Under the pieces are notes generated by a model that saw nothing but the letters and a program-made list of their open reading frames with translations, was not told the DNA's origin and did not search any database. A DNA stretch of 61,368 nt, the filler included, from Sphacelaria rigidula (lineage: Eukaryota), in assembly GCA_964200075.2 (NCBI GenBank). It is 10 parts of 10 records of this genome, joined end to end, with 100 filler letters (N's around TTAATTAATTAA, not from the genome) between each part and the next. Parts side by side here need not be neighbours in the genome. Positions count along the whole stretch, not along the records: positions 1 to 6,048 come from CAXNAA020022588.1; positions 6,149 to 12,195 come from CAXNAA020022589.1; positions 12,296 to 18,342 come from CAXNAA020022590.1; 7 more parts are not named here. One strand, given 5' to 3'. The position numbers and the translations under genes were made by a program. This document shows positions 1-12,730 of this stretch, one piece after another; position 1 is the stretch's first letter; the number at the start of each line of letters is the position of its first letter.

Positions 1-2525
1 CTGGCTGGCGCCCGGCTCGGGGCCCGCTCGTCGCCGTCCGTCCCTCCGGCCGTCTACCGCGGAAACACTGCTTATAGCTTCCGAAAGCTCCGACGTGCTT
101 GCCATGAGCAATCGCTCGACTGGGGCAGGTCGACGGTGACCATAGATACGACAGAGCGCACCCAGCGAAAGCGAGTCAAGCATAGTGCATATCGCACCGT
201 GTCACCTATCGCGCACGAGGAGATGTGAAGTGTATGCGTATCAAGCTCCGAGACAGTTTGCGGGCGTCATCGGGATTGGAGGAGGAGAAGGCCTGATTAT
301 CGGCGCATGCATCGAATGATCAGGACTACTTGGGAGAAAACAATTGTTCATGGTACCTAGCCTTGTGCGGGTATCAATGTTGGGCCGGGTTTCTTGAGTT
401 TGCCGGACTACAGTACAACTGTAGCCTACCCAACCGGACTGGGCTGTATTGGCTGCACTCCACTATTCTGTACTGTGCTGTGCTATAGTGCACTTCGCCG
501 TTTGCAAAATATGCATGACTATTGCAGAGCTTTAGCTGTGGTTCTATGCCCCGGGTAGGTGTCTCTACCTTGGGGGCGTGCGACTCATGCGGACGACGTG
601 GTGGAGCAAACTCGTGACAGTCGGATGTGTGACTCCATGGCGGCCTTTCGCAGGCGGTGTAGCGAGGCGTCAAGACATGCGATCAACGCACATTCAAGGC
701 CAGACATGTGCGTCTCTATAAAGCATCAATCGATCGCACGATGACAGATGAGGACTTCGGAGAGAACGGTGATCCATTGTACCCAGGCCTATAGGGGTAT
801 CAACTCGCCGCGGAGTTTCACGCTTCGCCCATTCCCAGCTCAGCACTGCCTGTACTGTATTTTTGAGTTGTACTGATTTGTACGGTGCCGCATGTACGTA
901 CAACGTTGTCACCGTACTACTGCGTATGGCTCTGCTAGAGCTGCATCTCCGATTCTGTGCTCCAGCGATCTGCATGTGGAGGGCATGGAGCGTAAAAGAA
1001 GGGGGATCATGAAGCTCATGACATTCGGGTGGGCGACTGCCTGTGTTGTCGACTCTAATGATCGGTGTGGCGGGGTGCCAAGGAATGTGTACTGCGAAGC
1101 CATTTTCAAAATCGGATCAGCACATCTCCACAAACCACAAACAGCAGGCGACCAGCTGGTCACACAACAATAGACGAAACTGTCGTTTCATGAACAACCG
1201 CCAACCCCATGTTTGATGTACAGACATATTTTCCATGACGCTGAAACAAAATTCCCGCCTATAACGCCAACGAGCACGGGGCTTCTCGTGGCCCAAGCCT
1301 TTTGCGTCGCTGTGGTTATCGATATCCGACGACCCATAGCAGTTTGTGTACAGCATGTGACCGCGAAAAGATTTCGTTTGTTCTTTTTCAGAGGGGGCAA
1401 ACCCAGATCAACAGATCGATGCAGGATGCCTCATTTCGAAGCAACCATGTTTTCAGCTCCAGTGGGACACAGTAAAGCCTCCTCTACCTGAGTTTGATCT
1501 CTAAGACAGACATAGGGGCACTACCCAACGTTGTATCAATTTCTAAACGAGGGGCAGGTCGGGGAGGCAACCGCTGGATCATGACCAGACCGGTGGATCA
1601 TGACGAAGGTGTTAGCAAACCTACATACTTGCACCCTGCAGGACCTTGCCGTGCACCGTCGAGGGGGCGCGTGTGTTTGCAGTCCACGGTCGGCTGGGTT
1701 TTCATAATTGCATGCGTGACATTGAAAAATCTGGAGCTGCAGGTTCGACACTGATCTTACAAATGCATCCAATACTTGGCTTATTTCAGAACCGCTGGTG
1801 CTCTGTCGTGCCTCGAAGCTGTTGGAATCACGGGGTACAACACCCCCTCGGCCGTCGTCGTCGTCAGGTCGGGTATACGCCTTGTGGGAATGCGCGAACT
1901 TTTTCTTTTTTTTCTGCAGGCGGATTTAGAATCAAAGTTAAATTGGCCCGCGCGGCGTTTGTTTCGTGTTGTTCATGCCGCTGTGCCGTAGCCCGCATCC
2001 CCATAGGCCAGAGCTCTCCGTACGTCCTTGTTTGTAGAAGTCAAACTCTACCGTGACGTTCTGACACAGCACTCTCTGAAAGCATCGCCATGTGCGCAGA
2101 TAGGGGCGGGGGGGGGGGGGAATATTTGATTACCCGAAAAAAGAGGCTCATAGGTGTGTCAGACGACTTGCCGCACTCGCGGTGCGCTTGTGTTTGGGTC
2201 AAAACGGTGTCAAGCAGTGTAAATGAGCGTTATATATCTATAAGGAGCTCGTTCGAACAAGCGTTGCTGCTTTCAACGACTATTTAACCTGGAACTTCGT
2301 GAAAGAAGTGGCCCGAACTCCCTCCCTCCCCTATAGTATAATGACTCAAAACAGAATCCTTATCCCCACGGAAGGCGAAGACGTGGCTTTTTACAAGTAT
2401 TTCGCTGCAAAAAAAATCGTAGACTGAGTGGAAAACCCCACTATACTAGACATTTCCGAAGGAAACATGTGACACTTGCGACCTCTTGCTCATGGATAGG
2501 TCTTGCCAAAGAAAACAGAAGGATA

Positions 2526-3561
2526 CTTCCTCTGTCTCATAAGTCTGGTCGGTTATGGGCGGTTTTTTGCTTGGGTGCAACGATGTTGACGATGACCTTA
2601 CAGTTGGGTTTAATAGGAAGATAAAGCGCATACGAAGCTGATGAAAAACAAAAAAAAGACCCTCGTTTTCAATACTGAAATCAGGTCAAAATATACCCCC
2701 ATTTTGTCCTTTTTTAGATTTCCAATGAGATTCCGTTTTGTGTGTTTTTTTAGAGTTCGTGTTCAAACATCCCACACATAGCCCATAGACCTCACAATAC
2801 GATGGACTTGCCCCCGAGTCCTTCCCCACCCACCCCCCTGGAAGGGGTGGCGAGCTACAATTGGGTCGCCGCTATGAGATTTCGATGGAGGTTGCGCTTC
2901 CGCTATTCCACCGGGCAAGGTGAGAGTGCCCAAAGGCTCCCTGGGGCCAGCATACGAACGCTACGGTGTTGGTCCCAAGTACCCGACGAAATTGTGGGAA
3001 GACGCCAAAGCCCAGATCGACGCTACCCAGGAGGTCGACATTTCGAACAATACAAGGACTGGATGCCCGTCGCTTCTCACGCCAACGAAGGTTGCGGCGC
3101 TGAAGTACGCCAACAAGCAGGATCGGTCATTTACGCTCTAGCAGGTGTCAGATCGACCGAAAGACATCGGGCTGGATTACGGTGCGGAGACCGTGCGACG
3201 GTGGTCCGAGAAAGAAAGGGCGGGCAAAGGAGGCTCGCCGCATCGAAGCCTCCCTTTCCCCTGCTCAGAAGCTTCGCCGAAACGACTTCATCTGCGATCA
3301 GGTGGACGAGACGACCGAGAATTTCCTCGACCGACCAGTTATTCTTGGACACTTCTTTTGACCCTGAGGAAGGGGCGAACTGCGACCATTTTTCGGCCGA
3401 ACGATTTGTATGCGGCCGTTCGGCCGCATAGTTCAACAGCGAGCTGCAAAAAACGAAAGTACTGATTTAAACTAAAAAAACAGCCGAGAAATCGGGAAAA
3501 CGTCGAAATTCAGATCGGACACGGGTGAGGGCTCGAACAAACATAACCGACCAGACTTATG
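2526..3561 (+). mobile_element. Degenerate Tc1/mariner-type (plant mariner/Stowaway-like TIR) DNA transposon
   Basis: Left end TA|CTTCCTCTGTCTCATAAGTCTGGTCGGTTATG. Perfect 20-bp inverted copy at 2538-2557 / 3542-3561. Internal broken reading frame (~2880-3220: ..KVRVPKGSLGPAYERYGVGPKYPTKLWEDAK..RTGCPSLLTP..DRSFTL*QVS..GAETVRRW) resembles the N-terminal HTH region of mariner transposases. No DDD domain seen. Confidence 0.7.
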
Positions 3562-4009
3562 GAACACAATATCGATACCGCAGAAGCGCAACATCATATC
3601 ACTTTTCCCTTAAAATTAGAGTTACAGTAATACCTGGCACCAGACCGTATAGTGTGTCACCCGTACCGTACCGTGCAAGCATCATGACTCGACGGTACTA
3701 CTGCAGTGGTCGAATACCATCCGACATGAAGCAATATATATATATATATATTCGAAGAATATATAGTTCATTACACTTCGCTCGGAGGTAAACAGCACGC
3801 TAATACTTGTACATGTAGTCTATAGCGCTCGGAGCTCGGCCACCACCCTTCCTTTTTTTTTCTCCTCGGTTTTGGTTGCTCATAAGTTCCCCCAGATATG
3901 TGACCACGGGTCGAAGCAAAGAGGAAAATGCTATGGCCTGCTTGTGAAAGGAGCACGTAAATCTTGAGTTCCTGACAATACACGGCCCACTCCAGACAGC
4001 AGCTGAGTT

Positions 4010-4410
4010 CACACGTGGCCATTCGGCTACCCCCAAAATTCATCCACACGAACATTGACCCCTCTGGAGGGATCAATTTCGTCCGTGGAGGTGTTAAATT
4101 CCTCTGGAGGGATCAATTTTCACCCCTCCAGAGGAGATAACCACCGCTAGAGGAATGGGTGACCCCTAGAGGGATTTCATATTGTTGTGTTGAATCCTCA
4201 AAAGTGCACATAACCCCTCTAGGGGGGCTTCATTCTCCCTCCTCTAGGGTAACCTTGTGAGGGCTAATTCTCTAGCGGTGTATAATGCCTGTGGAGGGGT
4301 TTTCTATTCAGCCTCCAGAGGGATTATACGCCTCCAGCGTCTTTTCTTACTCTGGAGGGATCAATTTTCGTGTGAAGGGATTTGGGGGAGTAGCCAAATG
4401 GCCGCGTGTG
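4010..4410. mobile_element. ~400-bp MITE with CAC..GTG termini and subterminal repeats (CACTA/CMC-like)
   Basis: ~60-bp imperfect TIRs (cacacgtggccattcggctac.. / ..gtagccaaatggccgcgtgtg). Many internal CTCTGGAGGG/CCTCCAGAG motifs in both orientations. Flanked by tt on both sides. Confidence 0.75.
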
Positions 4411-4606
4411 TTCGTCTAAAGCGCGGATTATACGTACGCGGATGAATGTTGCCAGCTAGATGAATTCAGCAGTTCCTGACGGATTTCCATGTGCTGTCAT
4501 GCACAAATTTATACCCACTAGCACATCGTGTTTTACCATCCCACCGGTACTTCCGTATGTTGGTATGGTGAATGTAATAACAGGTGACAAGACATTCGTG
4601 ACATAC

Positions 4607-4920
4607 GTGCCCCGGTGGTTTAACTGGCACAAGCGGAATTAGTCAAGGCAGAAGAATAGCGGGTGGATTTCCTGCTACGTGGGTTTGCGTTCTTTCAGGG
4701 GGAGGGGGGACCTACCGGATTTATCTGATTTCCATGGTTGAAAATGTAAAGACATGGACTTCAGACATACTTCGTTTCCATGAGTAACAGCCGACGAGGT
4801 TCGGAAGTACTGACCCCGATCCACGACACCAAAGTGCGAGGTAGGTGTGTAATGTACCCGGGGGAGACATGTCTTAACCCCGTGAGAACATGGACTCGCC
4901 CCGGGGAAGGGGAGGGGTTG
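4607..4920 (+). mobile_element. Degenerate tRNA-headed SINE, family 1
   Basis: Blocks ctgatttccat.., gatccacgacaccaaagtgc and ggactcgccccggggaaggggagg align by eye with the copy at 32226-32510. Confidence 0.6.
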
Positions 4921-5139
4921 AAAATAAGTGTGACAGAGAAGAATGAAAGGTTTGCCGCTGTGCACCGGTGGTCTCAACCCGAATGGTGCACCAACAGCAA
5001 GCGAGGGCGGAAGGCTGCGAGGTCGAGTCTCGATACATGAACTGTATTTTGGGGCGGGGTCTCCTTTTCCGTTGTTAGAAATATGGAATGGCAGTGCCGA
5101 AATACTGTAAATATGACGAGGATCGACGCTTCACGGGCG

Positions 5140-5232
5140 TGCGAATCCAATCGGAAGCACCGGGGCAGAGATGGCTTGATCCCTTGAGAGTACGGACTCG
5201 TCCTGACGAAGGTGAGGGGGGGGGGGGGGGAT
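5140..5232 (+). mobile_element. 3' fragment of SINE family 1
   Basis: accggggcagagatggcttgatcccttgagagtacggactcg followed by a G-run; matches 32440-32510. Confidence 0.55.
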
Positions 5233-5984
5233 TAGGACGGGAAAAATGGAAATAGAATGGGATCAGGGAACAACCCGTGGTAGGGATAGAACGCAAAACG
5301 AAACATTTTTCCAGCGACTGCGCTAGTTAGACTAATTGAGAAGTTCAACGCAAGCTCTTTGCCCATAAGACAGCGCGGATACGCCGTTTGGATATGTTTA
5401 GTGCGCGGATCAAACTTCATGACATGTACGTTACGCATTTGGAAACACAAACCTTGTTGGGATTGATCGACCTGTTCGTGAGAACTAAACAAGAAATAGC
5501 CAGAAGCTGTCCAGTAAACTAAAGAACGGGGTCATCAAACGTGCCAGCTTTGACATGCCACTCAGAGCATTCATTCCTTCGAGGCACAACGCAGGGTCTA
5601 TTGGGATACGTTCGTTTCGCCAGTGGGGCCTATCTCCCCGTTCTTGAGGGTCAGTTGGTGGTGCCTTGTGTAAGGAATCTCCCACTTGGAGGGTTTGCAT
5701 ACGCTCTCTTCTGTTTCAGGTCGGGTTAATTTGTTTCAAAACTCGGATTTTTAGTTCCGTAGATCCCGGGTTCGACTCAGCTCTGAATTCGAATAATTAG
5801 ACGGAAAGCCACACTCATTTGGCTCGTCCTTGACCCTCTGACCGCCAGGGTGGGCGATCTAAAGCATATTGTACTGATCAGACGATACCGATTCAACAGA
5901 TGACCCACTCTGGGGGTGCAAGCATATACTAGAGGGATGCTTTTCAGAACGTTCCATCCGCTTTCCTTTCCCCCCCCCTGGGAA

Positions 5985-6048
5985 GAGCTCCGTCTCGAAA
6001 GGGATGCGTGGTCAATGGTCAAATGACTAAGGCAAGCAACAAATGAGT
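5985..6048 (+). mobile_element. LINE 3'-terminal structured module, family A (cut by contig end)
   Basis: gagctccgtctcgaaagggatgcgtggtcaatggtcaaatgactaaggcaagcaacaaatgagt; near-identical to the LINE end at 52937-53010; preceded by a C-run. Confidence 0.85.
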
Positions 6049-6148
6049 NNNNNNNNNNNNNNNNNNNNNNNNNNNNNNNNNNNNNNNNNNNNTTAATTAA
6101 TTAANNNNNNNNNNNNNNNNNNNNNNNNNNNNNNNNNNNNNNNNNNNN
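6049..6148. other. Artificial contig spacer
   Basis: N44-TTAATTAATTAA-N44 (stop codons in all six frames). Confidence 0.98.
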
Positions 6149-9110
6149 TCTTTCGTATCTTCCCTGCAATGGAGAAATGGGGCTTGAACCTCATTTTATG
6201 TTTCAACCCCAAAAATTAGCATCGGCTGTTGACTCGTTTTTAAAATGCAAGCGTAGTTGGGGGTGAGAGCCCAGCACTCTAATTCTCAGCTGGGGTTGAG
6301 TCCGTCGGGCGCAGGCTGTTGCTTCACAGCCACGTTGAACCTGTGAAAACATAGGTGAAATACTGTAGTGTACTCAACTTTTGCAGTGTAGTTGCAGAGT
6401 CAATGAGAGTTACTGAAATCCCTCCATTGGAATGCACATTATTGTTGCAGTGTTTGGGGAAAGCTTGCACCAAGAATATGGTCAGTATGCATCAAACCAT
6501 ATTCCACAATGCATAACATTCATTGACCCCCCTCCGCCCCAACCTTGCCCCCACTTCCCACGAACACTACTCCGCAGTTCACGCTTCAGCCCAGCACTCC
6601 CAGCGCGGGGATCACTGGTTCGATTGTTGGAAGTTGCGACCTGCGAATGGCAGAATCAGGATTGCCCGTGTGTTTGACATACAACGAAGTTCGTGAAGAT
6701 GCTGCAAAGAAGGCGCGCACGGCTATCGCCGCTACCCTAGCGGTACGTGTGTGTACGTGCATGCTTTGTGTACGTTTTTGTGGGTGATGTTGAGTATTTT
6801 GTGTTGATTCATACCGCATCGTCCGCATTATAATTATCTATTCAATGAGCGAGAAAAGTAACTGTTATAAACGGAGGGAAAATGATGTGTTTAGACCAAC
6901 GTTTATGGCAGTCACTGATAATCTTGATTTGTACGCAGATCGGGGGAGATCTAGAATCGGTAAACGCATTTCATAGCCACATCGGGGAAGCGAAAATGGG
7001 GATGTCATTATTTGAAACCGAGTGTTCCCAATTTTTTCAAGTTAAGGTCCCCCCGATTTTGAGGATGGTGACGAACGTGCAGTGACGCACGATGGTAGAG
7101 CAAGAGGCGTTTGAATGGAACCGCAGCAGCCGACAGTCTCGTGACCACGCATAGGGCGTGCCTGCCCCCGCCAGCTGCTGCTGAAGCAGCTTTGCATGGG
7201 GTTTGACTGGCGGACAAAAGGTGTTGACGCTGTACCCTGCAGCGATGGTAATGTTTAATGCTGCACTCCACTGCCGTATGTATCGCCACAATATTGCACT
7301 ATCCTACTCTGTTGTTGCTGTACTTGCGGGGTGATGTGCGGTACCGCACTACTGAACTCTACTCGCACACTGTTCACGGGTTCCGCAATTCCGACTGTGC
7401 CATCATGTACTGTATTACCGCACGGTATTATCGTGCACTGTGATGATGGATGGAGTGTCTTGCACTGTATTACCCAAGGGTATCACGGTACGGCACTGTA
7501 CTCAAAGGATTATTCACCGCCTGCTTGCGCTTCGGCTTCACCAGTGCGCGACGCAAGACTGATGAAGAATATGACAGCCCATGTTCAAAACTACCTCACA
7601 GACCTGTGTGCCGATAAAATGGATGACTTTTGCGAAGTATGAGTCCCCCCGATTTTGCACAGATTGAGGTCTCCACATAATCAAAATTCGTGCACATAAA
7701 AGTTGGTGTTCTTGTATTCGTTTCTGGAAATAGTCCTGTGCTGCGCTTTTTTTTCTCGCCTCAGTGATTGCTCTCGTATACTAACCGCGGCCTAACAAGT
7801 ACGACTGTTATGGGTACGTTTCGGACGCTTCGTGTGTTTCATAGATACAGAAAGGCCAGTAAGAAAAAACAAGAACTTTGATCGTTTACTTGTTTCCAGT
7901 GAATTTTCATGCCCCGAACCTCGGAAAGACAATCAATCACTCCTGGGAAAAATCGTGACTCAATGATCAATAAGTTAATACACATGTTGGTGTTTTCTCG
8001 GGGAATCCACCTACATGTACCTGTGCGCAGCGACGTTTGTGCATATGCCGTGGTTATGGCAACAAGAAAGCCCCCCTATCAACTGCAGGCCAAGAGCCAC
8101 AGCCCCTCGACATAAAACGTTCATCATGAGTGGACGGGCGAGGGGGGGGGGGGTCTGCCCTTGTTTCCAGGAGTGGGTTCCCCGTGGACACCATGAACAA
8201 TGGTGATGGTGATGGGTGTACAGTGCCAGGGCATTTCACGGGGTACAGTATTGCGGTAACCCAACAACCGCAGCAAAGGCTGAGGCAAACGGTTGGCGAT
8301 TACATTGAAACCAAGTACTTAATTACTACACTGAGACCAAGTGTTTCTAATACAGACTAAAATCAAGTAATCGTGTTCTATACTAATCTATAGTGCCATA
8401 CCGTGGGCGTGGAGAAAGTACAATACGAATGTCGTCATCCAAAAGTGGCTGCTGTGATCGAATATGCTCACCCTCATTTATGAACGAGAATGATGTAAGA
8501 TATCGTGCAGCACATGTAGCATTAACCATGTTGGAACTGAGAATGATCATGGTAGCCAATCAGGAGAATAGTGTCTTATAACGTAGGCTATGCGAGTACA
8601 ATGCATTTGTTGTACAAGCAGCTGAGCTGCCCTCCAGTCCAGTCTGATCCGGTTGGGTGCCTCGGCCGTCGTGCCTTGCTCTGGGGTTTGCATATGACTA
8701 TTTGGTGAGTGTGTGTGAGATTGAGTCAGAGGGAGATTGAGTGTGGATGATTGAGTAAGAGTGAGATTGGTTATGAGAGATATTGCGTAGGGTTTGACCA
8801 GGAATGACACGAAGCGTTATATACAACAGTGTTCTTTGCACTGGACCAGACTAATGACTGCCGTTCACGCACGCCTGAGTTGTGTGGACTATCACCCCCG
8901 CATAAGTGCGGCTTCACACGCTAACGTGTGGAACTTGCCGCCTTAGCAGTTGGATTAGAGATTGGATAGAGTTTAAGCAAAAAGAGAGCTTGAGTCGAAG
9001 AGTTTTTGAGTGTGAGGTGACGGAGAGATTTCAGATTCGAGTAACAGGGTTGGGCAAGGCTTGTAACTTGATTGGAGTATACAGACAGTGGAGAGAGAGA
9101 AAAAATCAGG

Positions 9111-11341
9111 ATGGCATCGATTAGTAATATAATACAGAGCAAGGATAATATGGCAGAACAACACGAGCCGACAACGCATCCAGATGAAGAAAGACTAACC
9201 GAACAACTCAGAAGGGTGACGGAAGAGTTTGAAAAGATGAAGCAGGCGTTCAACAGCACACCCGTGATACCTGCTACAACAGCAGCATCGAACTTACCCC
9301 CAGTATTCGACTTCCGGACCACCCCGCTTTATACTTCCCACTCCCACCGTGTTCGCAGCGGTAAAAGCATGCCCTCCTGGGATGAAAGGGCTGCATCATT
9401 AGCAGATGTTAGGGACAGATTCGACGTGTTCTACATACAGATGTGTGCGTACTTCGAAGACGAGGTGGGCTATCACGCGTTGGAAACCCACAATCCCACC
9501 AGAGTACACCGTGAAAACGGTGAAGACTCAAGAGCGCAATTCAGTAACGTAGCCGTCGATAAAGCTAAATGGGCCATGAAGATGATCCTCTAAAATATTA
9601 CGTACCAGATCGACATGCTTGCGAGCCTTCGCGAAGCATGAAATTATGTGGTGAAGTACTACCGTACCCCACCGGCCACGGAAAAGGCCACACTCGAATA
9701 CAAATGGCAGACGTTGCAGATGGCTGACGGAGAAATCATCGATGACTTTTCTCACTCGGGCTAAATTTACTCGCACAAGGCGCGAAGGATTCGATGTGTT
9801 TCTCTCGGACTCGGAGGTAAACAGACATATCGTAAGATGCCTGTCGTCTGAGTATGATCACGAGCGCAGGACATTGTTGGCACATCGTGAAATTAGGACG
9901 GAGGAATCGAACCATCATTTAGAGAATGCTCATGCAGAGTTGAAGTAGTCTAGAGACAGGGACAGGAAAACATCGAACCAAGCCCTCTCTGCTACTGCTA
10001 CCGGCGGTAGAGGGGGGCATGGCTCACCAGGCAGTAGGCAGAACGGGGATGGAGGGACGTTCCCACAATTCCCAACACCAATATCACCAACACAGCTCAT
10101 CCCATTTCAGCCTAAATTCTCCACAGCAGTCGAATTTCCATTCACACCATGGTCCACAGCATCCCTATCATGGTCATTGTGATCGAGGGGGTGGTGTTCT
10201 CGGAGACAACAACAGTAATGGCGTCAATACAGTCCTTGGAACCGGGCGTGACCAGGTCGTGGTAAGATGTACCAACCCAATCAACGGACATACCATGTTC
10301 GTTGCCCTTTCGACTGTCCTAATTGCCCTCCTCTCCGACAAAATATCCATCCAATGAATCCACGCCCAGACAATGACCGCTTTTCAGGGAATGAGGTCTC
10401 AATCCACAATCCACATCAACAACATCACGTCCACAGCCATCCACCTCACGCCGTTACGGTTCAGCGAACCAATACCGCCCAGAGGCATCATGACGAAAGC
10501 GTTGATAACCTTGTCCACGAAGGCAGTGCTTTCGACGAGGCCGGTTTTGCTTACACAGTACAGTTCCATACCCCTCAACATTAGACAGCCCCACCAGACT
10601 CCTGACAACGAACATCTCCCATACTCCACATCACCCCCGTCATCCTATGACCACCGACCACCGAACCAAGCACCCGACTGCTGCCTGTATCATTCCTTAG
10701 TTGCGCCACCATATCACCCATCACCGCCGCCACCACCCAGCCGATCCCAGCATCGTTCCTCATCCACTGCACCATCATCATATCACCCATCACCAACTCC
10801 ACCGCCCGACCAAGTCCCTCATAATCTCTCCTCCGCTGCACAACCACCGCCATACTCGTCACTCCATCCCTATGGGTCATCCGATCCACATTCCCATCCG
10901 GTAACCCCCCACCCTACGTCCACTGCCGAGCTGCCGCATGCTGATGACTCTGGTATTAACACGTACACGGCGATTTCTGCCTCCTCAGAAGAGTCAGTTT
11001 TTTGTTTGGGTAATTTCGATGTGAGGGGTAGGATGTTGCATCAGACCAAATCACTGCCTGTTCTACATTCAGAACTATGGATTGCAGACTCGGGTACATC
11101 GCACCACACCACAGGCAGCATGACCGACGTTTGCGATACTCGTCCTCCCTCTGTGTGTGTGTTGCTCCGTCGCGAAAGGGATGCGTGGTCAATGGTCAGA
11201 CGACTAAGGCAAGCAACACATGAGAACGCCCCCTGTGTGTGTTGTGTGTGTTGTGTGTTGTGTGTGTGTTGTGTGTGTGTTAAGGTTGTTGTAGGGAATG
11301 GTAAAGTGTTGCTGGTCAAGGCAGTCGGGAGTCTCAAGTGA
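9111..11341 (+). mobile_element. Degenerate Ty1/Copia LTR retrotransposon gag-protease region
   Basis: Broken gag-like frames at 9072-9593 and 9742-9948 (..FLTRAKF..SDSEVNRHIVRCLSSEYDHERRTL, UBN2-like), then a Pro/His-rich linker. Copia protease signature WIADSGTSHHTTG..VKVVVGNGKVLLVKAVGSL at ~11075-11340. Stops and frameshifts present; no integrase or RT recognised downstream. Confidence 0.8.
11162..11233 (+). mobile_element. LINE 3' module family A inserted in Copia protease
   Basis: Module sequence flanked by duplicated c-ctgtgtgtgt(gt)tg; the downstream copy runs into a TG-rich tract to 11281. Confidence 0.85.
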
Positions 11342-12195
11342 AGATTCCATCAATCATGTGGGGATAACTACCCCTAACCATAGGACTGTTTAAGCTCCGA
11401 TGCGGTCCGAAACGCGCGGTCCGCTCACGCATTGCACGCCTTCCCCAACCCCTACCTCCACCAAAGCCACACAAGAGGAATAATGGAATGAGAGCGAAGC
11501 CAGGAAATAACCAGCATAGTGGATTAGAGGCTGATTGATAGCATAGCGTATAATTTACCAATCAATAAACCCTGCAGAATAATGTAGGGTCAGAGTACTA
11601 CCGACCACGATGAATGTATTTTTACCTGTATCGTAATACATGCGCAGTAGTCAAACTGCAAACACGGTAGTCACTCAATCAGGATTTTCTTCACGAACGA
11701 TTTGTCACCTTCACTCGAGAGTTGTGAGGGTCGTCAGGCGCTGGGGGAAAAAGCAGGTCGTTCTCAGGAAACATTTTCCAGTTATGAATTGTTGAAACGA
11801 TACGGAGTCGAACCCCGTTTGTCAACGAGGAATTATTGGCCGCATGTTGCCCCAAAACACGATTGTTGGGCTGTGGCGGGATGAGTATCGAGGAAAACAA
11901 ACCTGAGGCATGACGCCGTTCATTATAACGATCCAGATTGGTTCGGTCGAGCGAAAATATCAAAGAACGAAAACCGGGGACTGTACACTTGTAGTACCCG
12001 CAAAGGACGGTGAGCCCGTGCCTCGTTCAAAAATGGTCATGGATTATAGTTCCTCCTCGAAACTTGTGTCGGGTGCTCATACCTTTCAATTCCAAGAGCT
12101 GAGGATCAACCTAAAACCCTGATGAGAGCAACGCTACGGTAGGGGTGCACTTTTTTCGCGAAATTTTGTCTGCTTCAGAGGCTCCTAACGATTCT

Positions 12196-12295
12196 NNNNN
12201 NNNNNNNNNNNNNNNNNNNNNNNNNNNNNNNNNNNNNNNTTAATTAATTAANNNNNNNNNNNNNNNNNNNNNNNNNNNNNNNNNNNNNNNNNNNN
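12196..12295. other. Artificial contig spacer
   Basis: N44-TTAATTAATTAA-N44. Confidence 0.98.
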
Positions 12296-12370
12296 CGTCC
12301 CGGCTTTGTAGGGATGCGAGGTCAATGGTCTGATGACTATGGCATGCATGATCATGAGTACACCCCCCCT
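12296..12370 (+). mobile_element. 3' structured module, family B (cut by contig start)
   Basis: cgtcccggctttgtagggatgcgaggtcaatggtctgatgactatggcatgcatgatcatgagtacaccccccc; matches 53137-53215. Confidence 0.85.
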
Positions 12371-12730
12371 CGCCTTTTCTTTTCTGCCCAGCCTGCTGAT
12401 TCGTTCAATTTTCGGGATATGGCTCCTTAGGCGAACTGCTAGCACCCGTCCGTCTTGGTTTTCTATGTTTATATTATGCAGCTCGGTGATGTGTGCGCAT
12501 CACAGTGATAGATCGTGATTGATTGGTGAGAGTTGGCACCATGAGGTGCTTTTGATGTGCCGAGAAAGGTTGGTTGGAGCAGCCAGAAAAACATTCACGG
12601 TAATGAAGACAACAAAAATGTCAACAAAAATGACAACAACAACAACAACGATAGTAGCAGGAACACTCCAACATCCAAGACATAACACGCTGTATAACGC
12701 ACGATGTACGAACGCAAACCGCTCACTCAC

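Noticed and set aside
1..2400. Short overlapping ORFs at the window start
   Set aside because: No convincing motifs or splice-consistent model; left unannotated.
6545..7642. Exon-like GC-rich patches with splice-like ends
   Set aside because: They could not be joined into a consistent frame or matched to any family; possibly decayed TE sequence.
8608..8828. Possible 5' LTR of the Copia (TGTTGTA..TACAACA)
   Set aside because: No recognisable primer-binding site follows, and there is no second LTR or TSD in the contig; boundaries are unsupported.
10373..11341. 322-aa Pro-rich ORF as an extensin-like host gene
   Set aside because: It is the gag-protease linker and protease of the decayed Copia, read through an inserted repeat.
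12330..12336. Hammerhead ribozyme core CTGATGA in module B
   Set aside because: No stem II followed by GAAA lies downstream, and the heptamer is not conserved in other copies.
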